Positions 56,034 through 64,000 of a stretch of 64,000 bases of DNA are shown piece by piece. The notes under the pieces were generated by a model. It was not told the origin of the DNA. It ran no database searches and saw only the letters and a list, made by a program, of their open reading frames with translations. A program made the translations under genes and the position numbers. The DNA comes from Chrysomallon squamiferum. Lineage: Eukaryota > Animalia > Mollusca. Position 1 is the first letter of the stretch; each line of letters begins with the position of its first letter. The stretch lies in NCBI GenBank assembly GCA_012295275.1, contig CM022676.1:3286001-3350000 (forward strand), given 5' to 3'.

Positions 56034-56479
56034 TTCTAGCTATACAATTATAAATCTTTGTTTTCTTTGACTAGTCATGAATCATTTTTCCGAGTTTTAA
56101 AGTGGCTTTCATAAAGCTTATTCGTATTAATTTTTTTACAAATGCTCAGTATTAAATTTTACTGCCTAGAAATCAATTTCAGTTCAGTTTTCATAATACA
56201 AAACCTTGAAATAGACCCAGTAATGAAAACGTATATTTTAATGTAATTTTTCTGATACGTATTCCAAAAAAAATCTATTTTATTTTTGATCGCGTATGCG
56301 TTACAAAACCATGGTGTTTATTCAGATATTCTCATGTTTTATTGTTTTATTCGATTACCACGTTATTTGTTACCTACACTTTTCACTGATGCCTATTTCC
56401 GCAAGCAGTATTTTATTTAGGTCACCCAATATATATTACATAGTACCGGCTTAAACATACTTCCTAAGTTGGGTTATGT

Positions 56480-56511
<32 letters not shown>

Positions 56512-57145
56512 TTATTTGTCTATGTATCTATGTATCTATTTTATTTTATTTTATTTTATTTTATTTTATTTTCTTTTTTATTATTCTTGTGGTTGTTTGT
56601 TTGTTTGTTTGCTTGTTTGTTTATTAATTAATTTATTTATTATTCTTGTTTTATTATTCTTTGTTTATTTATTACTATTTTTGCTGTTTTGTTGTTGTTT
56701 ATTTTATTTAGTTAGTTAGCTTATTATTATTATTGTTATTGCTGCTATTATTATTACCTTTATCATCATCATCATCATTATCACTATTATTTGTTATATA
56801 CATTATAAATATTTTTATTTGTCTCTTATAATGTAATTAAACAGTATCAAAATAATTATATCTAATTTATATATCTATTTTTATAATTATGTGAAGCTAA
56901 TTTTATTTTTCTGTTTAACTAAAAAACAAAACCTATAGTTTATTTAGTTTTCATTACATAATAGTATTTATATTTATTTTATTTTATCTCGATTTATTTA
57001 ATTTATTTATTAATATTTATTAATATTTATTTATTTATTTTTAAAATAAAATATAAACGATTTCATTTTCCTATTTGTTTTATTATTATTATTATTATCA
57101 TCATCATCATAATCATTATTATTGTTGTGGTTAATTTTATTTTTA

Positions 57146-57196
<51 letters not shown>

Positions 57197-57383
57197 TGTA
57201 TATATGATTTTAAATATTGACAATGTGTACTTTCTTCGAATAACCTATTTAAATAGCAGTATATTCTTATACATATAATTCAAATAAATATTTATTGTTA
57301 TGTACCTTTATACTTCTACAACATAAATTTGCATAATGTATTTTTTGATATATATACTAAGTGTTATTTATTTTATTTTGTAG

Positions 57384-57547
57384 GTCAAAAACAGAAACAG
57401 AAGGATACAAAGTTTCGCTATGAAAAAACGGATATTTTGGACAAGACTATCATTTTTGATTCTACGTAAAGCAGCCGAACTGGAAATTATTATTAATTTT
57501 TTAAAACGGATGAAAAGTTCTGTGAACAAAATACAAAGTTCATATAG
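57384..57547 (+). other. Candidate plus-strand exon (164 nt)
   Basis: The acceptor is ttttattttgtag|G and the donor is TAG|GTATAT. It is purine-rich and more complex than its flanks. One frame is open throughout (VKNRNRRIQSFAMKKRIFW...), with no recognisable homology. Confidence 0.45.
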
Positions 57548-57782
57548 GTATATTTATATGGTAGCTTTATTTATAATTACGTGCACTTATGGCTAATGCA
57601 TAAAAAGGTTTGTATGTTTTAATTTGATTAATAATTTGATAAGCTCTAAAGGTTATTGGAGAAAAAATATTATCGGAAAAAAAGAGGATTAAAATCTGTT
57701 TATATTTTATTTATTTATTTTTTTATTTTTTTTTATTTATTTGTAACTAAGTACGTAAATAAATAAATAAATAAATAAATAA

Positions 57783-57814
<32 letters not shown>

Positions 57815-58568
57815 CAACAATAATAACAATAACAAATAAGTTAATAAATAAATATGTTAATAAGTTAATTAAAGCAGAAAAATAAAAGATCTATAAATTA
57901 TTTTATAATTTAATATTTCGAAGTTTCGGATAGATAAATAGGTAGATAGGTAGACAGACAGATAGATAGATAGACAGATAAAGAAATAAATAAAGAAAAA
58001 CGTAAATAAATATAGTTTAACGACAAGTCTGCAATAAGCTTTATTGTAAGCACACACACACACACACACACACTCACACACAAAAATAAAAAATAAAAAA
58101 GGATATTTATTAGCATAATAAACACGACCATTTTATATAAACAAACAAAACATTAACAGTAATTAAAACGTATGAAAACAAAACAAAACAAACCACCAAA
58201 TTGCATGAAATAAAAAAGAACAATTGGTGAAAGGTAAACATCAAAGCAAATATATTGAATGACATAAATAATTGAGTTGAGTTTAAAGTCAAAAACAAAT
58301 GTGCTGAATTACATTAAGAAGTAGGTTCTGTTTTCGTTAATAAAATATTAATATAGTATGACTAAGAGACGAATATAAAATCGTTTTATTTAAGACCAAT
58401 CATGCGAAAAATAGGTAATTAATATTCATTAGTTCAGTGAGCTATTTATGTTTAAAATACAGATTTTATTCGTTTTAAAAATTTATTATTTTATATATTT
58501 ATTGAATGCTCGTGTATTATCCAGAAGTTAAAATATTAAATTAAAAAATAGCAATAATAATTATTATA

Positions 58569-58624
<56 letters not shown>

Positions 58625-59061
58625 CAACAACAACAGCAACAACAACAATCTTTTTTAAATAAAACAATATTTTGTTTTTAACATGATTTATCGAATAATA
58701 TTAAACTAAATTCAAACCAATAATTATTCAATCATTTGTTGTTTAAAAATAATCATACATAATTTTGAAAATAATCCTTGATGTTCATAAATAAATATAT
58801 ATTTAAAATTTGTATGTTTACTCCCTTCAAAGAAGAAATTAATCTTTTATTTATAATCAGTCCATTGTTATTATTATTATTATAATTATTATTATTTATT
58901 ATTATTATTATTATTATTATTCAGTTTTGAATTTTACTTGATAACAAGGAAATATTACATATTATGAGTGAATGGCATATTTTATTATCTTTATTTTTAT
59001 AATTACATGTATACAGAAATTATATTTAATATTATTTTAAAAAAATGCTTTATTATTATTA

Positions 59062-59093
<32 letters not shown>

Positions 59094-60074
59094 TATTGTT
59101 GTTGTTCTTGTTGTTGCTTCTGCTGTTAGTACTATCTACTACAACTACTACTACTTTAATTAAATTTATTTTATTTTTTTCCTTTCTTTATATATAATTT
59201 ACATAATTTATGCTAATATATGAAAAATATGCTATTTATAAATTGCATTACTGTTTCTATTTCTATTATTATTTATTTTTATTGTAATACACTATAAACT
59301 TTTACTTATTTTTATTATTAAATATTATCACTATTATATATTAATTACATACTTTATAAATATATATTGCAAATATATTAACATCTGGTTATATTTCTTA
59401 GCTCTTCATTAATATTGATGAACAGTTCTTGACATTTGACCTCTGATAAATTGTTTGCCGTTACGTTTACTGTTATATTTGAAGACATTGATGAATAAAG
59501 TACTGTTTAACGGTTGATGTTGTGGCGTGCGGTGATTGTGTAATTTCTTACATACAGTTCGATATTAACTAGTATTTTCAACTTTACCTGTAACTAGCTC
59601 TAAATGTTTTTGTGTTATTTCATCAATAACGCCCCTGATTTTGTACTAACTTATTTAAATTTTATGATTATTTTTCGTAAATGACGTCATTCTGCGGTTT
59701 TCGTGAAATCAAGGTCTGAAGTATTGAATCTGTGTCTGGCTTCGGTCACCATTTTCTAATATACCAGAATAAGTTTAGTTATTTACGATAAAAAATAATA
59801 CCTATTAACATCAAACGGACATTACCTATCTGAAATGAATATTATTATATCATACCATACAAAGTTTGACACATTTTTTTTTTTTAAAAACAACGATACA
59901 CCATCTCTCATTACATAAGGTAAAAACCACAAACCCATTTGGCGTCCATCTTGCATAATCGTTTGAGAGTACTAAGACAAAATATAGTGCAGGATGAACG
60001 AATTTATCTAAATATCTTTCACGAAATGAAACAATTTCTCGCTTAATTTAGTTTAAAAATATAGTATTAACACC

Positions 60075-60335
60075 GATCTACCAAACTTTTACCATAAAAG
60101 ATTCCCTTCTTTGCTTGGCGGCCTTCTGTTTCACACGCCAGACGACCGTACCCACACCTTGTCGGCTGCACATATACGAAGCCATCTTGAATCGATAACG
60201 AGGCTGAACTTTAACATGAATTTGGAATAAGACAGACGCGTTGTGTTGGATTGTCGCCATTACAGTTAAGCTTAGAACAGACGAACCCCGACACAAGTAA
60301 TTTCGCCTGCAGTTTGGAACAGGTGAAGGTCAAAT
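60075..60335. promoter_or_regulatory. CpG-rich promoter / first-exon-like island
   Basis: A ~250-bp GC-rich patch with the YY1-type sites GCCATCTT (60181) and CGCCATT (60255), both minus-oriented, and a DRE-like ATCGATA (60191). A full CRE lies at 59682. Confidence 0.5.
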
Positions 60336-60385
60336 TATAATACGTATAATAAGTAGATACGTTTTAGAGGGATAAGTAATTACTA

Positions 60386-60424
<39 letters not shown>

Positions 60425-61435
60425 TTTTTTTTTTTTTTTTAGTATTTTTAATTTAAAAACTAGCAGACGAAATTAAAAGTGAATTTATAATTCACTTGAG
60501 ATTGTTGTAGTAAAGAAAAAAAAAAATGTGGCGCAAAAAAAAGCTAAAAAAAACGAGACCCACACATTTGTAATGTCTTCTAATAGTCTAATATGTTTGT
60601 CCACAAATGACGATAATTATGAACAGATTTAATTAATTAATTAATGTATTTTTAATGAAATGATGAGTATGCATGATTTCAATTGAGGCGTGGGGGGGGG
60701 TGCGAAATGAAGCAAGAAATAAATAATATATTTAAATATAAATAATAATATTGAAAAAAGAAGAGAATTTATGTATGTATATATTAATGTATGTTTGTAT
60801 GTATATTATTAATGTGTGTATATTTAAATGAGTATGGGTATATGCATGTGTGTGTATATCTATTATATATCTATGTATGTATGTATGTGAATGTATATGT
60901 ATGAATGTATGTATGTGTATGTGTGTTTATGTCTATTATTATGCTTGTCTGTATATATGTACATATGTATGTGTGTGTGTGTGTGTTTGTGTCTGTCTCT
61001 GTGTATGCACGTATGTATGTGTGTGTGTATGTGTGTGTGTATCTGTATGTATATATGGATGTACGAATGTATGCATACATATATATACTGTATATAATGT
61101 ATATCTATATGTACGTAAGTATGTTTGTACGTGTATGTATATAATTGTAGAATAAATTATAAAAACAAAACTAATTAATTAAATAATATAAAATAAGAAA
61201 CGTTTCTTACTTTTACAAAATAAGTTACGTGTTAAGTATAACAATGTTTCAGTTAACATAGTACTATAATTCTGTGTCTACATCCTGTGTCTACATTCTG
61301 TCGTCAGTGTTTGGTCACTGATTCAGTTATTTAATATGTTTAATGAATAGATCGAAAGAAACACAGAGACACACACAATTAGAGAGATAGACAGACAGAT
61401 AGACAGACAGACAGACAGACACACACACAGACAGA

Positions 61436-61466
<31 letters not shown>

Positions 61467-61964
61467 TTAATTTAAAACACTTTTTATACTGGATATGTGC
61501 TCTGGTGTTAACAGTGTCATTTTAAACGTGATTTGCGTGCTAAATCTGACTGAATGTATTGAAACCTGAATATAATAATTATTATTATTATTATACAGAA
61601 GTGTATTTGTTGACATTTCAATAGTTTAATAATGTTAAATAAACAATTCGTCATATTTATCTTATAACTTGATATCAAGAAACGATTATTTTTATTTCAT
61701 ACTGTGATATTATTTTGCGGATCTGTGTATAGATTTGTATTGTCTGTATTTGTGTCTCTGCGTATGTATGTGTGTGTGTCTGTATGTGCTTGTGTGTGTG
61801 TAAGGTTTATTTTTACAGAATTTAATTGCTGCGTCCGTATCGTAATAACTTACTTCAACTCAAATAAAAATATTTAAAAAAATAAAAAAAAATAAAAAAT
61901 TATTTTACCTAATTTTGTTTTATAAAAAAATATAACCTACTTTTGTGACTTTTATTTTTTTACT

Positions 61965-62039
<75 letters not shown>

Positions 62040-62454
62040 CTTAATAAAGTATTCTGGGGATATGATTTTACTAAAAATGTCCACGAGTCTCATACACAAT
62101 TAAAATGACACACACACACACACACACATATCACACATACACGCACACACAAACTAAACAAAATACGAAACATTAAAATATTTTTTATTACAGATATAAT
62201 TAGAAAAATACTTACTGATGGAGAAGAAAACGAAATTGAACAACCTTGACTGTTTCGTTCTTGGAGAAGAATTGAGTATCTACAATTTAAAAGATAAAAT
62301 AAGGTAAAACATAATTTAAAAATTTAAAAAAAAGAAAAGAAAGAAAAACAGAAGAGAAATGAGAACATATGGTTATCTATTATAGTTTCCTGAAAAGAAC
62401 GAAATAAATACACAATCAGAGGATAAGTATAAAGGATATTATATGTAGAATACC

Positions 62455-62860
62455 ATAAATTAAATATAATACAATAACAGCAAAAATAGTATTACATATA
62501 ATACAACAACAGTAACTGTAGTATTAAATATAACGAATCAGAAATAATAGTATTAAATATAAAGCAATAGAAGTATTAAATATGACACAACTGAAATAAC
62601 AGTATTAAGCATAACACAACAGAAATAATAGTATTAAATATAAGCCACAACAGAAATATTAAATATAACAAACTGTATTAAATATAACAAACTGAAATAA
62701 CAGCATTAAACATAACACGACAAGAATTATATTAAATATAACATGTCACGAGAAACAGTATTAAATATAACACAAAGAAATAATAATGTTCAATATAACA
62801 ACTGGAACAATAGTATTAAACGTAATCCAGCAACAAAAAAATAATAGGTATCAAATATGT
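62455..62860. repeat. ~29-bp AT-rich minisatellite, >10 copies
   Basis: Unit AGTATTAAATATAACACAACAGAAATAAT with variants. Confidence 0.9.
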
Positions 62861-63156
62861 TACCACCACAACAACAACATCAACATCGGCATAAAACATG
62901 AAAAGAAATAGTGTGAAATGTAACATGCGACAGCAACATCAGAATAAACGTAACACAACTTCAGCAACAAAACAACAACAACAACAAAAATCAAAAATAA
63001 AAAAAATAAAAAATGTACTGTACAGAAAGAAAAAAGAAAAAAAAAAAGAAAGAAAATGAAGACAAAGGATAACGGTAATAGATGCATATTTGTGTTAATT
63101 ATACTTAAAATACATGTCACTGTGTATCTTTGTCACTGTTGCAAATGCAATTATGT

Positions 63157-63197
<41 letters not shown>

Positions 63198-63477
63198 AGT
63201 GTGAGATGATTCACGTATTTAAACAAAGTTGTGAACGGAGTTGCTGATGACGTCACTGCATTAATATTAATTTCCGTTAGTACATATAACGAACAAAACA
63301 TGCTAAAAATAGCTACGATGCGTGTATTTATTTACAGTACATTTTGTTTGTCATCACCATCATCAACAGAACATGCATATAACCATGATTACCCCTTTAT
63401 GTCTGTGTCTGTGAATCTGCATATATCATAAGTGTGTGTTAATATCCACTGTAGGTGTCTTCTGCATGTTTGTATTA

Positions 63478-63680
63478 TGAATGTATGTATGTATGTATAT
63501 AGGTATGCATGCATGTATGTATGTGTATATGTATGTATGTGTATATGTATATAGGTATGCATGCATGTATGTATGTGTATATGTATGTATGTGTATATGT
63601 ATGCATGTGTATATGTATGCATGTATATGTATGTATAAATATGTATGTACGTATGTATTTGTGTGTATGTATGTACATGA
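63478..63680. repeat. (TATG/TG)n low-complexity tract with internal ~50-bp duplication
   Basis: ATAGGTATGCATGCATGTATGTATGTGTATATG occurs twice. Similar tracts lie at 22680-22910 and 60770-61140. Confidence 0.85.
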
Positions 63681-64000
63681 CTGTATTAGAATTCTAAGTA
63701 CATTAAAAAGTTAATAACATTGTATACAGTTAATTGCCATGTGTATAAAATTTCATATATCAAGATACTTGTATTTTAAAATAAAAGCTAATTTGCCCGG
63801 TCTCTGATAATCTGTTTACATACGCCAGAACCACTTACTACAGAAATTTATGTATTAAGTCAGCCTATTTATTACTGAATGTTTTTATGTTATGCTATAT
63901 TAATTAGACGGGTCAATGTCTCATGTTAATGGAAATTAATTAGTACTATAAATGTTGTTTCCTCTTACTGAAAGTTCGTGTTGGTTACTTAAAACTAAAA

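Overview
A very AT-rich (roughly 20-25% GC by eye), microsatellite-saturated eukaryotic window. It is most likely intergenic or intronic DNA of an invertebrate animal. The repeat mix of (AAT)n, (ATTT)n, (AG)n, (AC)n and (TATC)n resembles octopod cephalopod genomes, but the taxon is a guess. I recognise no protein-coding gene, tRNA, rRNA, known miRNA, CRISPR array or autonomous transposon. Most ORFs in the track are translations of simple repeats and none resembles a known protein. The informative content lies in short CpG-containing islands. These include several promoter- or enhancer-like motif clusters, the strongest at 52.5-52.8 kb and 44.8-45.0 kb. There is a chain of minus-strand candidate exons with good splice signals (49.8, 42.6, 40.3, 38.6, 26.1 and 14.7 kb), plus a few plus-strand candidate exons and microexons. 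The window also holds a hAT-like MITE, several decayed minisatellites, a ~270-bp diverged direct repeat pair, a 112-bp AT palindrome, and a ~300-330-bp diverged inverted repeat pair (48.3-48.6 kb and 55.5-55.8 kb) bracketing the strongest promoter. The best overall reading is the multi-promoter 5' regulatory region, or a lncRNA, of a large locus whose coding part is not in the window. I found no firm evidence of a novel biological system, and the leads below are hypotheses.
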